Notes: generated by a model not told the origin, from the letters alone. A stretch of DNA of 64,000 nt from Octopus vulgaris (GCA_951406725.2 OX597818.1:119288001-119352000); one strand, 5' to 3'. Numbered from the stretch's first letter, positions 27,590 through 42,586 are shown. Numbers and translations are program-made.

Positions 27590-27645
<56 letters not shown>

Positions 27646-28614
27646 GTGTGTGTGTAGATGTAGATATACAGATAGATATATATGTATGTATGTAACTATG
27701 CAAATAGACAAATAAAATTCCTTCGGATATCATTTGAACGCTACTAAGTGTTTCCTATATTGAGTCTCTAGATCTCACCTATTGTGTGTGAATGTGTGCG
27801 TGTGTGTGTTCATATATTCTTATGTGTGGTTCAAATCTTTAGAAAACAAAAGACAATGACAGGTGAAGAAGAAACAACTCGCAGGTGCATTCGTTTGACG
27901 TTTATTAAGACATGATAATCAACAACGGAAAATTATACATTTCTCGGATATATTTATTAACGTATTTTCTTCATTTTCCATTACAGATATGTTTTCATTA
28001 TATATTCTATATGCTACAAGCGTTCCAATGAAACGACATTTAGATTTGCGTATCAGATTATGTACATTTTAATTGTTAATCCTAAATGTTTGCGAATATT
28101 CCTGAATATTTTCTGGGTTAAGTGGATCTGGATTGTATAAGAGTGCTCCTAGGGTAACTGCACAGACTTTTAATCTTTAATCCTGTAAATCATATGTGTG
28201 CGTGTGTGTTTATGTCTGTATACACGCACGCACACAGGTGCGCACTTAAGTGCAAAAGAAAGTGGAAGAAATAGTATAGTACTCAAATATCAAAGGTAGA
28301 GTAATGTCATTTTATTAATGCTGCAAAATGATTACAGAACAGTCATTGAGTTTCACGTGAAACTCTGAGAAACATTTCTGTGACAATTTTACAGATTTAA
28401 TATATATATATATATATATAGATATATATATATATATATATATATATCACAAAACTTTGATTGACCCGAGGCTATAGCAGAAGATACCCAAGGTGCCACG
28501 CAGTAGGACTGAACCCGGAACTATGTTCTTGGGAACTAAGCTTCTTACCGCACAGACAGTCCTACACCTATATATATATATATATAACAAAGTAACGTTT
28601 TAAGATACCGCACG

Positions 28615-30241
28615 AAGGAAAGAAGTTTTGAAAATTCAATTTTAAAGATGTCAAAAGTAAAATGAAAAGCTTTGTATAAGCTTTGTTGTGTTAAATACTG
28701 GTTGTCGCAAAAGTATTAAAATACAGTTATACATTCTTTGATAATAATAAGAAAATGTTAAAAACAGTTTGCAAGAAAGTATTTAAGAAAGTATTCAGCA
28801 AAATGTATTAGGAGTTCAATAAAAATTGTTTGTTTGGTAGTATATATACATACACACAGAAGGAGATATATTTAATAATTTGCTATTTTTTTCTGTCTTG
28901 TGTGTCGCTAGGGAATGTTTGCTATTGTAAGGGAGAGTGTTGGAGGATGGTTGGGGTGGAGCAAGTAAGAGCAATGTGGAATTAAAAGGATTTTCTTGAT
29001 TCTGGACTATTCTGTCATGGTTCAGTGGTTTTCAGAACTGGTCTTAGAGGTCAGAATGATGTTTGTGTCTCTTTGTACCTCTCTTTGTATGTGTGTATAT
29101 ACATGTGTTTGTGTGTGTGGGCCGTTTTTGATTGGTCCTAGAGTTTATTGTGGCTTGTGTGTATGGGCTTCTGTGTGTTTTATATTTTGTAGGTTGGTGT
29201 GTGTATATGTGTGCACGTTCGTGTGTGTGTATGTGCGTGATTAATATTTGTTAGGGTGTTGTGTGTGCGCATGTGTGTATGTGTTTATTCGCGTGTGTTT
29301 ATGTGTTCGTCTGTATGTACGTGTGTACGTTTGTTGATTTGTTTTGGTGGTATGTTATGTGTGTGTACTTGAGTGTGTGTGTGTGCAAACGTATGTGTGT
29401 AAGAGTGCATATGCATGTGTGTGTGGGTATGTATGTGTGTGAGTGTGTTGTATTTATCAGGGTTTCTGTGCGCATCCGTGTGTGTTGGGTTTATCCGGGT
29501 GGTGTGTATGTGTGTGCAAGTGCGTTTTGTACATGTTGGTATTGAGTATGCCTTTGTGTGTGAGTGTATATATGTGGGTATGCTTTATGTACTTTCCGGG
29601 TGTGTATGTGCACATGTGCGTGTGCTGTATTTGTAAGTGATTCGTTTTGTTTGTATTGTTAGTGCAGTGTGTGTATATATGTGTGGGTGTGTTTGCGTGA
29701 GTGTCTATGTGTCTCGTATTTGTCGGGGAGGTGTGTGTGATTGTGTGTGTGCATTCTTGTGTGTATGTGTGTTTGTGAGTGTGTGTTGTGATTGTTGGGA
29801 TTGTATTGTGTGCATATGTGTGGGTCTTTTTTAGTTTGTGTGTGTGGTCCCTTAAAATAGCAAACATTTCCTTGCTACACACAAGACAGAAAAAATGCCA
29901 AAAAGACAGGTAGGTTCCTCACCAATTTTTTGCAAATTCTTTAATATATCTCCTTCTGTGTATATATATACTACCAAACAAACAAATATGATTTTTATTG
30001 AAATCTTAATACTTATTGTTGAACACTTACTTAAATACTTTCTTGAAAACTGTTTTTAACATTTTCTTATTATTTTCAAAGTATGTATATATGTATTTTA
30101 ATACTTTTGTGACAACCAGTACTTAACACAACAAAGCTTTTACAAAGCTTTACATTTTACGTTTGACAATCTTTTTCTAAACAAAGTGAAACCAGTCAAG
30201 TGAATAAACATCTTTAAAATCGCATTTTCAAGCCTTCTTTC
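28615..30241. mobile_element. Large foldback element with 320-390-bp inverted arms around decayed GT-rich sequence
   Basis: Arm at about 28615-28935 is the reverse complement, with indels, of about 29848-30241; flanked by TA runs. Confidence 0.85.
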
Positions 30242-30635
30242 ATATATATATATATATACTACGGCTATGCAAGGTTATGGCTTAGTTGGAGCGCCGGCTT
30301 GGCTGTAGCGAGACAAGTCGAGTCTAGCATTTGTTTTGTTTAAGTCTGAAATTTATTGTATAAGCCTCTTTTTGCCGAAATATTATATTACTTGGACATA
30401 TACAAACCAACACCAATTGTGAAGTGTTGTTGCGGGAAACACAAACATAAAGACATACGCCTATATACATTCATAGAAGGCAGGCTTCTTCCGGTTACGT
30501 GTACCAAATCCACATACCAGATTTTGAGCGACCCGATATATAGTAGAAATCATCTAGAGAGGGTACCTCACCAAATCACCGAATCTAAAACCACTGGGTG
30601 GGAATCAAACGTCTTACTACAGCAATTACGCCTGC

Positions 30636-30679
<44 letters not shown>

Positions 30680-31176
30680 GAATACTAAAAATGGGACAAG
30701 AACGCTATACATCCAGACAGATGATACAAAAATGGGATAATCAAGAACAAGGATGGATCATTCTGAGTTTTCTTTCCTCAGTCGAATTCCAGAGTATCTT
30801 TGCAATTTCGGCTGGTTATTCTCGAGATTGCTCCAATCTGGCCAGCTCCAAGGGAATAATAAGCTAAGAGCATTAGATTCCATGGAAGAAAGCAGGGAAT
30901 GCGTAGGAAAACAAAGACGGAGAAATGGTCCACATTTACAAATGCAAGTAAAAGGTAATTAACAACAGGTGTCTTTCGACTACGGACGAATTAAATTAAG
31001 CTGGCGCGTGTGGAAGTGAAGCCTTATGTCTTCATATCTGTTTAATATAAGTTTTCTAATGTTAATGATAAGTAAGCTGGGTAGCGCAGTGATATATGGC
31101 TTACAGCAGGCGGAGTGTTCGAACCTCACATACCGTTGTTACTACTACTTCACGCCTTCCTCTACACACACACACA

Positions 31177-31267
<91 letters not shown>

Positions 31268-31272
<5 letters not shown>

Positions 31273-31690
31273 GGAGTGGCTGTGTTGTTCTAAGTAGCTT
31301 GCTTACCAACCACATGGTTCCGGGTTCAGTCCCACCGCGTGGCACCTTGGGCAAGTGTCTTCTACTATAACTTCGGGTGGACCAAAGCCTTGTGAGTAGA
31401 TTTGGTATAGGGAAACTGAGAGAAGCCCGACATATACATATATATATATATATGAGTGTAAGTGTGTGTGTGTGCATGTTAGTGTGTCTGTGTTTTTCTC
31501 CCCTACCATCGCTTGACAACCGATGTTGGTCTTGTTACGTTCCCGTAACATAGCATTTCCACAAAAGAGATCGATACAATAAGTACTTGGCTTAGAAAGA
31601 ATAAATCCTGGGGTCGATTTGTTCGTGTAAAGGCGATGCTCCAGAATGGCCGCAGTCAAATGTCTGACACAAATAAAAGAATAAAAGAGT
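31268..31690 (+). mobile_element. SINE family A, full length
   Basis: Head, TA tract and tail present. Confidence 0.9.
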
Positions 31691-31867
31691 ATATATGTTT
31701 TTTATGTATATATGTATTTATTTCTGTATGCATGTATATATGTATTTACATATATCATCATGTGTGTATGTGTACGTATGAGGTATAGTGAATACTGATA
31801 GTTAATCACTGACTCTATATTTCTCAACACAACGAATTTCGGAACCACCGCCCCACATCTAATCCAA

Positions 31868-32288
31868 CCGTCCAAGAATTTGGACCTGGAGATCTCCATT
31901 TCCAGCGACTTTGAGGGCCACCCTCCAGTGGTGTTGGGCGTCAACGAAGAGCCCTCGGCTACAACAAGACAACCGTTTTATTTTTTCTTCCAAGGTCTGG
32001 GGTCTCTTGCCCTAAGCCTTAGACCCTCACCTAATCACCCTTATCCGTCTTGTTGCTTAACAACAACAACAACAACAGCACCAGCAGCAGCAGCCGTCCA
32101 AGAATTTGGACCTGGAGATTTCCATTTCCAGCGACTTCGAGGGCCACCTTCCAGTGGTGTTGGGCGTCAACGAAGAGCCCTCGACTACAACATGAAGACC
32201 AAATTCTTTTTTTTTTACAAGGTCTGGGGTCTCCCGCCCCTAAGCCCTAGACCCTCACCTAATCACCCTTACCCATCTTGTTGCTTAA

Positions 32289-32319
<31 letters not shown>

Positions 32320-32333
32320 AACAACAACAACAG
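31868..32333. repeat. Tandem dimer of a 226-bp unit with (CAA/CAG)n tails
   Basis: CCGTCCAAGAATTTGGACCTGGAGAT at 31868 and 32094. Confidence 0.92.
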
Positions 32334-32863
32334 CTAATCCGCGTGATATAATCAAACACCATATTGTAAGTTTACTAAACAAATATACAGTTTTATTCCC
32401 CTCGCCATTCATTTTCCTGTGTGTCTGTTTACCCTGACTGTGAATTTGTTAAACATTTCCGATCCATAATTGTTTATGAATGAACGACATTCATATTTAA
32501 ATTTTACCAATGTTTTACGTCAAATGTGTTTCTGCTGGTGCGCTCGGTTAAGTGTGTGGGGTGGATTGAGTTTGTATTAAAAATACATAATACATTCGTA
32601 TGCAAGAACACAGAGTCTAGCCAGTCACGTATTGAATTATATAACAATTAGTTATTCACTGGCTCGAGCACACTCGCACACACATACTCATACAGAAGTA
32701 CACGCAAATATACACACACGCGCGCGTACTTTCGGTCTTTTCCTCGCCCTTTCCCTCTCTCTCTCTCTCTCTCTCTCTATTTATCTGTCTGGCTATTTCT
32801 AAATCAATCAATCTCTATGAAACACGCACACGCAAACAACTATGAAGATAGGTAGACAGACAG

Positions 32864-33020
<157 letters not shown>

Positions 33021-33544
33021 TACACACAGAGACACAGGCACATATAGATATATATATATATATATATATATACTTACATACATAATATAGATATACTGTT
33101 TGATTGATTGATTAGATGAGTAATTGAAAGATTATTAAAGGACATATATTCCCTAATTCACTAAGGTGTTTAAACTGCTGTTCAATGTAGAAGACTGTCG
33201 TGTTTTTGAGTCAATCTGTATACAGAGGAACTATGAACTGGGGTAGACGAAATGAGAGGGATAAAGAGCAAAATGGATTCCAAGACATATCCAAAGAATA
33301 GCAGTTTTAGAACGTAAGAGACCGTAATCTTGAAGAAGAAGAAACTGTGAGGAGTGAGAACTCAGAAGACACAGAACGGCTGTGAGATTAGATGTGCGGT
33401 AAGTAATGTAGATACAAGACGGGAAGCATACGTAGAAATATCTATCTACCCATCTGCCATCTAGCTACCGACGCAAAATATCCGTATAGCTATCTTTATC
33501 GGTGTTTCTATCACTCTGTCTCACTTTTTACTCTTCCCTGTGCC

Positions 33545-33593
<49 letters not shown>

Positions 33594-33853
33594 GCCTCTC
33601 TCTTTCTCTCTACATGTGTGTGTATTTATGTGTGTGCATCATCGACCCAGACGCATGCGTACAAACGAACAAAAGGACGTAGCTCCGACAACGGACAGAA
33701 TCAATGACTATTGAAAGGGGTGCAAGACGCAACGATAACTTTCGGAAAACTAAATAAGGAGATGAGTGGAAACTGGACCAGTGAGTGTGTTAAATTTATA
33801 GGGCACTAAAAAAGAATGACTCTCCCCACACACAATAAAATACATATATACTC

Positions 33854-33921
<68 letters not shown>

Positions 33922-33979
33922 ATTTATATATATATGTATATATACATATATGTGAGTGTGTCTGTGTGTGTGTATATAT

Positions 33980-34029
<50 letters not shown>

Positions 34030-34156
34030 ATATGGATACACACATACACACGCGCATATATATATATATATACATATATACATATACATACATATATATA
34101 TTATATATATTTATATATATGTTATATTGTATATGCACATAAATTTATATATCACG

Positions 34157-34212
<56 letters not shown>

Positions 34213-35182
34213 CATGTATATACACGCATATATATAAGTGTAATATATGTGTGTGCGTGCATGTGTCCGTGTGTGTGCGTGTGTGTGTTTGCGCGCGTGT
34301 GTGTGAAGTTTGTGTGTGTGTGCGTGACGAGATCGATAGACAGTTACATAGTTAAGCAGATAAGTATTTAAGCAGTTTAGTGTGAAAGGGGGAGTGAATC
34401 ACTGTTACTGAGAGAGGGTGGTGGGAGACGCATATCTAATGAATATGCATAAAACAGTTTTGTAATGGGCGTGTTTCTAACGAGCGCGAAAGCTGTGTAG
34501 GAGTAGGAACCGCGTACGGATATTGTACGTGCGTCTGTGCCCGTGTGGGTGTGTTTGTCTGTGTGTTTGTATGTGTTTGCGTATATTTGCCTGCTTGTCC
34601 TGAATGTTTGAAAGTGTAAGTGTATTTCATGTGCACGTATATGTGCAGCAATCTACTCTACCCTGCCATGTGCATTATGCGAGGGCAGCGCGTAAGTTAC
34701 GGTGGGTGGGTGTACTGAATAAACGTTCTGTGAGTTGGCGTATGGGTGGGACTGCGCGATACGTCTGTGTCTGCAGTTTTGTTTCTGTTTACGTTGCTGT
34801 GTGTGTCTGTATTACGTTGCTGTGTGTGTCTGTATAAGTATAATGCTTTTTGCATGCTTGTGCATATGCGTATATGTGAGTGTGTGTGTGTGTGTTTGTT
34901 TGCCTAACATGTCTGTATATGTTTGCGTTTGACTGCGTGAGACCGTGTCTGTACGTGTACGTTTCCCGCTGTGTGTATTTGTAAGTCCTGTGTGTGCTTT
35001 GCACCACGCAGACTTTCCTCATTATTTAACACCAAGATGGGTGTGTATAGCAATTTCAGTGGAAGGATGAAAGGAATAGATAGAAAGTTAGGTAGGCAGA
35101 CTGAAAAAAAAACAATCGATGAAAACAAAAGTTATATGGATAAATCGACAGACGGACAGATGGATGAGATGGACGTGTGAAT

Positions 35183-35733
<551 letters not shown>

Positions 35734-36129
35734 TAGAGAGTGATAGTTAAAAATTGAGGAAACAAATAATACACGGAGGAAAGTGAAAAAAGACAGATTG
35801 AATGGCTGAGACGGGAGAAAGAAAGGGTTTTGAGAAGAATAAAGGAGATGAGAGGAACGGAAACAAAAACACACAAAGAAAGAGAATAAGTTTGTTGGAT
35901 GGTAACAGAGTATAAGAGACAGAAGGCTGGAACTCAGAGAGAGAGAGAGAGCGAGAGAGAGTGAGTGAGTGAGAGTGAGTGAGTGAGTGAGAGTGAGAGA
36001 AATAATGAGGGCGGAGAAAAGTGAAAGTAAAACTAAGAAAACCTGATGGGTGTAAGTGAAGTTGGACAGAAGATATACGTAAACAAATGTTTACACTCAC
36101 ATACATAGATGTACGCACACGAAAACATA

Positions 36130-36177
<48 letters not shown>

Positions 36178-36296
36178 GACGGGAACATTACAGGGAAACG
36201 CATGCTTCATACAGTCACGTAAACTTAACGCGGACCATGCACAACCAAACACGCTCGTACGCAAGTAATTATACATAGATACACATGCGAGAATTC

Positions 36297-36333
<37 letters not shown>

Positions 36334-36699
36334 TATGTATATATATATATATATATAAATATATAGAGATATATAGTGTGCTGATGTTTGTGGGGGTGCA
36401 TGTGCGTGCGTTTGTTCTGTGTGTATGTTCTGTGTGTATAAGTGAGTTAATGCATATAAGAGTGTGTATTTATTTTTCTGTGCGCTGTGTATACATATAT
36501 ACGCTGATAAAGGGGGTGTGAGATACAACGCACATGGGAGGGAAGTAAGAATAATATCGGAGAGAGAGAGAGAGAGAGTGAGAGAGAGAGTGAGAGAGAG
36601 AGTGAGAGAGGAAGGGAGAGTAAGACTGCAAGTGATCGAGACAGCGAAGGAGGGAGGTATAGGCGAAGGCAGGTGCTTGCATTAAATGGCGCGCTTCTT

Positions 36700-36777
36700 C
36701 AACTTGTTCGTCAGTTTTTCCTTATAAAAGCGAGAGTTAAGTTGAATCTTCCGTAACAGACAGCCACAACGGTGAGT
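36700..36777 (+). promoter_or_regulatory. Candidate Pol II core promoter and short first exon
   Basis: GA-repeat tract upstream, TCAGTT (36711-36716), TATAAAAG (36723-36730), splice donor ACG|GTGAGT (36772-36777), all in unique sequence. Confidence 0.45.
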
Positions 36778-36849
36778 TGAGAAAATAGCTTCATTGTATA
36801 TTTTGAAACTTTCATGCGGCACATGTTGTTGGATAATTTGTGTGCATAT

Positions 36850-36853
36850 GTGT

Positions 36854-36906
<53 letters not shown>

Positions 36907-37048
36907 TGTGTGTGTGTGTGCCTGTTTTATTGTGTGCGTGTATCTACTTGTGTATGTATATGCGTGTGTGTGTGTGTGACTATGTGTCTGTGTGTCTGTG
37001 TAAGTGTGTATTTATACACACATATATGTACGCGGGTATGTATGTATG

Positions 37049-37079
<31 letters not shown>

Positions 37080-37191
37080 ATATATATATATATATATATG
37101 TATACGTATACACACACACACACTCATATATATATATATATACATATACATATGCATGAACATACATACATACATATCTATATATATATAT

Positions 37192-37224
<33 letters not shown>

Positions 37225-37351
37225 CATACATATTTATACATATATATATATGTATGTATATATATATACATTTGCATGAACATACATACATATCTATATA
37301 TATATATACATACATGTATATATATATATATACATACATACATATTTATAC

Positions 37352-37399
<48 letters not shown>

Positions 37400-37830
37400 A
37401 TGAGTATATATATATATATATATGTATATATATACACACACACATATATATATATACATATATTCATATACATTACATTTGTTCATCATATGAAAATTTC
37501 TTTAACTACATCTTCGTGTCTATTTTAATTCATTATGTTAAACCTCTTTCAGGTTCTTCATTGACTTTTACACTATCACGTTCAATTAACCGTTTCAAGC
37601 GTTTTAAATTGCCGTTTTACAATTTTTTTATTTTATTTCTTTCATTCTTTATTTCTTTCCTTTTCGCGTTCCTTCACTTAAAAAAAAATATTATTCAACT
37701 TTCTGTTACTTCCATAAAATGTTACGTTTAATTATTTTCCTGCTGATTAGTATTTATTGATGACGCTTCGCTTAACTTGAAATTCTTTTTTTATTCAGAT
37801 TACATTTACAACACACTTGCATACACACAG

Positions 37831-37864
<34 letters not shown>

Positions 37865-37877
37865 TACACATTCATAC

Positions 37878-37935
<58 letters not shown>

Positions 37936-38141
37936 ATCTTTAGTTAAATATATTCAATGAGAATATTATATACTGAAGTTATATTGAAAACTCTATTGTA
38001 TCAAAGTATTAATTCTATTAAAGTATTTATATATTTAATACGAGCAATTATATATATATTTTTAATAATATCTTATTATTATCAAGAAATCAATATTAGA
38101 AAATTGATTTCCTGATATTAATAGAAAAAAAAATATATATA

Positions 38142-38178
<37 letters not shown>

Positions 38179-38241
38179 CTTAGAATAACATAGAAAGGTT
38201 TTGGCCAGTATTGGCCCAGGCCATGTCTAACTTAATAGCAC

Positions 38242-38300
<59 letters not shown>

Positions 38301-38409
38301 CATATATATACTTACATAATATATCTACATACATATATATACACACATATACATATATATATATATATATACATACAAACATATATATACATATATGTAT
38401 GTATATGTG

Positions 38410-38448
<39 letters not shown>

Positions 38449-39318
38449 CACGCACGCACACACACATTTATGATGATATAGATATACCACTAGAGAGGAT
38501 CAAAGGCCCTCTCGTGCCATAGGAACACAATACTGCTTACCCGAATCTGTGCTGTATATATTAGCACCAACCTGGACGGAACGCCGGACCGTCACAGGAT
38601 TACTTTGCTTTATATACAACGGGAAATGTTTTGTTCAAGAAGACGAAACATTCCCTCGTCCAGGAATCAGAACCGCATTCATGCGATCAAGACTGCAACA
38701 GTCTAAGCAGACATATATGTATGCATGTATGTATATATGTATATATGCATATATGTATGTATGCATGTATATATATATGTATGTATGTATATAGGTATAT
38801 ATGTATGTATATATGTATGTACATATGTATGTATGTATGTATGTATGTATATATGTATGTATATATGTATATATGTATGCACTTATGCGTGTGTATGTGT
38901 GTATGTATGTGTGTATGTATGTAGGTATGTTTGTATGTATGCATATGTGTATGTATGTGTGTATGTATGTACGTATATATGCGTGTATGTATGGGTGTAC
39001 CTATCATGGATGTATGTATGTATGAATACGTATATACATATGTGTGCGTGTGTGTGTACGTATGTATATATGGGTGTGTCTACAAATATATTTATATACC
39101 ATATATGACATGTATATAAAATGTATAAATATATATATATATATATTTATATATGTGTTTGTGTATGTGTGTGTGTGTGGTTGTTATTTATACGTAAACA
39201 TATACACATACATGTATACATACACATGTATGTATATTTATATATATTTATATAGCGTTCTACGTATATATATACATATATATATATATGTATGTATGTA
39301 GATATATGTATATATATA

Positions 39319-39357
<39 letters not shown>
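36850..39357. repeat. Microsatellite-dense block (TG, TA, TATG, CA) with short unique inserts
   Basis: Directly visible. Confidence 0.9.
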
Positions 39358-39359
<2 letters not shown>

Positions 39360-39586
39360 TTGTGTGGGTGTGGGTGTAAATTAATATATACGTCTGTTTT
39401 ACAATTAAACATAAGTAAAAATCCATTACTTCATATCTACTTGTGCTATTAAATGTTCTGTACCATATGTACATCCTAACAATAAACTGGGCGAACCTGC
39501 AAAACTTTAAAACTATAATCATTTATGTATTCATGGGCGAGTATTATGGACGATATCTGAAACTGTTTTAAACTATTTTCATATAC

Positions 39587-39671
<85 letters not shown>

Positions 39672-40224
39672 AATTTATCTATCTAGTTATCTATTTAATT
39701 GTATGTTTATATTTATTACCTTACGCGTATATCAACATAGCATGTTTGCAAAGAAATGATCAATTATGCAAATGAAGAGAAAGCGAAACATAAGTTTACG
39801 AAAGATATATTTCGTCAGCCTCGCTTTCGATGTGCGTAAGGAAATCCCAAGAAAGAGATAAACAGAAGCCGTCTCAACCTGACGATGGCGTTCGGATTTC
39901 AAACTGACTCGGTTTACATCATGAACCTTAATGCTTTTCTTACGATGAGAGCTTGTTAGGGTTTTAAATCTATTCAGAAGTGCTATATATATATGTATGT
40001 ATATATATATCTTTAAATATATTATGTCTTATGCCGGTTATTTATGCATGGTAATCACTGATAATAAATTAATTTAATTTTTACCCTCGTATTTACGATA
40101 ACACACACACATATGTATATACACACACTCACACACACACACATGTATACACACACACATATATATATATGCATATCATATGTTTGTGTGTGTGTATGTG
40201 TGTGTGTGCATGTGTGTGTGTGTG

Positions 40225-40619
40225 CAACGCTGGATTAACCATTAAGCAAACTAAGCATCAAGAGAAGGAGGGGGCACCGCAGAAATAGGAAATTGTTTAC
40301 GGCACAAAAGAAATCACTTTAAACTTGCTAAAATAATATTCGGGATGCCTTTATCTCTATTAAGTATAGATGCAGATGTGTTACCTGAGATTTATTCTGA
40401 GGATCTGATTAAAGTAGGAGGAAACTTTTTAAATATAAATAAAGTGGAATTATACAAATATAAACATTATTTTCCCCTCTTACTGTTTTGTTTCGTTTTC
40501 AAAAATAGAAAATTATTTTATGGTTTGTTATTCTTTACATATTGAATTACTTAATCTTTTATGGGGGCACCAAAATCTTTTAAGTGCTTAGGGCCTCGAT
40601 GGTTCTTAATCCGGCCCTG
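40225..40619. mobile_element. hAT-like non-autonomous element
   Basis: Ends CAACGCTGGATTAA and TTAATCCGGCCCTG (CAGGGCCGGATTAA type); subterminal GGGGGCACC motifs; flanks TGTGTGTG and TGTGTTTG fit an 8-bp TSD. Confidence 0.7.
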
Positions 40620-40974
40620 TGTGTTTGCATGCATACAGATATTGTGTATATGTGTGTGTGTGAGTGCATGTTTCTGTGATTTATTGCATATACGTGTATG
40701 TGTATGCGTGTGTGCGTGTGTGTGTGTGTGTTTGTGTGAGTGTGTGTGTGTGTTTGTGTGTGTATGTGATCGTGTAAGCTTATTCACATCTGCCACACGT
40801 TCATTAAGGAACATCCTAAGGCTATTAGAACCTATCTTATGAATAAACGCTCTGTTTGAATAGATTGCATTATAGTTGCAGAAACCAAATATATTGTTAT
40901 TCTGCAGTTGTAATAAGTCAGTGCCTATTGTAATAATCTCTCTGCTCTGGGCAGAAGGACTGAAATTCTGTTGG

Positions 40975-41571
40975 AGAGGGCCTATTGATGACATTGGCCC
41001 AATAATTGATTGGTATTCATTTTACCATCCACGACCCCGAAAGGATGAATGACAAAGTCGATCTTGGCGGAATTTGAACTGAGAACGAAAAATCCGAAGA
41101 AATGCTGCTAAGCATCTTGTACGACGTACTCGCCATTCTGCTTGCTCATTGACTTCCCGTCTGCTGTAATATTAGTTTCAAATTTCTGCATAAGGCCAGC
41201 AATTTTGTGGGAGGCGTGTAAGTTGATTACTTCGAGTCCTGAGTTCGAATGGTACTTGTTTTATCGAGCTCCGAAAGGGAGAAGAGCAAAGTCGACCTCG
41301 GCGAAATTATAACTCAGAACGTAAAGACGAGCGAAATACCTATTTCTTTACTACCCACAAGGGGCTAAACACAGGGAGGACAAAAAAGAACAGACAAACG
41401 GATTAAGTCGATTATATCGATCCCAGTGCGTAACAGGTACTTAATTTATCGACCCCGAAAGGATGAAAGGCAAAGTCAACCTCGGCAGAATTTGAACTCA
41501 GTACGTAACGGCAGACGAAATACCGCTAAGCATTTCGCCCGGTGTGCTAACGTTTCGGCCAGCTCGCCGCC
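40975..41571 (-). mobile_element. SINE family B cluster (two old copies and one young full copy)
   Basis: AAAGTC.A.CT.GGC core three times; junction AAATACCTATTTC near 41334. Confidence 0.85.
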
Positions 41572-41699
41572 TTCGTGTCATTGTAATTATACTTTCCAAC
41601 AGATATTGACAAATATTTCTGATTTTTAATGTCTTAATGATCAGGTTAAGTTTCTAAGTTATATTTTAAATCGAAAGAAACGCCGGAACAAAGGCCCAA

Positions 41700-42180
41700 C
41701 CACATCACCCAGAGATTACTTTCCAAAGAACAGGATTTCTGAACAAGCTGCAAAATATTTCAAGTACATATTTCCGATCCTGGTACACATCACATAGAAT
41801 GTTAAAGGGGTTAACGGTATACTGCGAGTGGAAGACAGCAGAAACGCAAGAGATGAAGATAGTTAAATCCCTGGAGTTGGTGGATGTCAGCCGCAACAAT
41901 TTATAATAAAGGAGGTGCTTGCCAAGGCGAGGGTGGCACTTGCGGTTTACCATATCGAATCTCGAGTAAGACCTCTGGAACTTTCGGCCTGGTGCAACAG
42001 CACAGAAGCTGGCCGACAAGGTATATATATGGCTCTGGTTGACAGATAATCGGTGAGGCCAGTACAACGGATGTCTATGCTTCATCATCCTAGGTCGAGT
42101 CGCCTAACAGAGTTTATGCTGTAAGACCCGAAACTCCTTATAACTCCATGATACAGAACGGATAATGTCCAGGTTTTGCA
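41700..42180 (+). mobile_element. Degenerate 3' end of a Hero-like RLE non-LTR retrotransposon
   Basis: From 41808 GLTVYCEWKTAETQEMKIVKSLELVDVSRNNL**RRCLP, then EGGTCG and ADKVYIWLWL, resembling ELTVPWE...KY.EL...RCLPVEVGCRG...AEKASRWLWL; tail GTCGCCT...AAGACCCGAAAC. Confidence 0.65.
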
Positions 42181-42524
42181 TCTGCAAATGTATGTTGAAG
42201 TATCAGGAAATAAAAGAGAAGGGAATCTGATGGTATATTTAATGCTGCAAATGGCTATTATCATTAATCTTCCATAAAAATATTTTTAGATTCGATGCAC
42301 GAAACCAGATCAAAACATTTCGCTAAAAATCATAGAAGATTGCGTCTAAGTGTTCGTGAGTGTGTGTGTGTGTGTCTGTCCATATAGGTTTTTGGCGTGT
42401 GTAATAGTGAAAGCTTTCAATGTTTTATTCTTAATGAAAGTCTTGTTAACAAGTAAGATGTAAAAAAATCGGTTTTACAAATGATACAGTTTTAAACGTT
42501 TCGAATAGCCGATACAATGATGGG

Positions 42525-42586
<62 letters not shown>

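Noticed and set aside
30750-30790. Minus-strand CTGAGGA...GAATGATCC in a TA-adjacent repeat
   Set aside because: No convincing GAAA or stem I
39800-39915. Two CTGACGA boxes (minus about 39812, plus about 39879)
   Set aside because: GAAA box and stem III are not properly formed; too weak to call hammerheads
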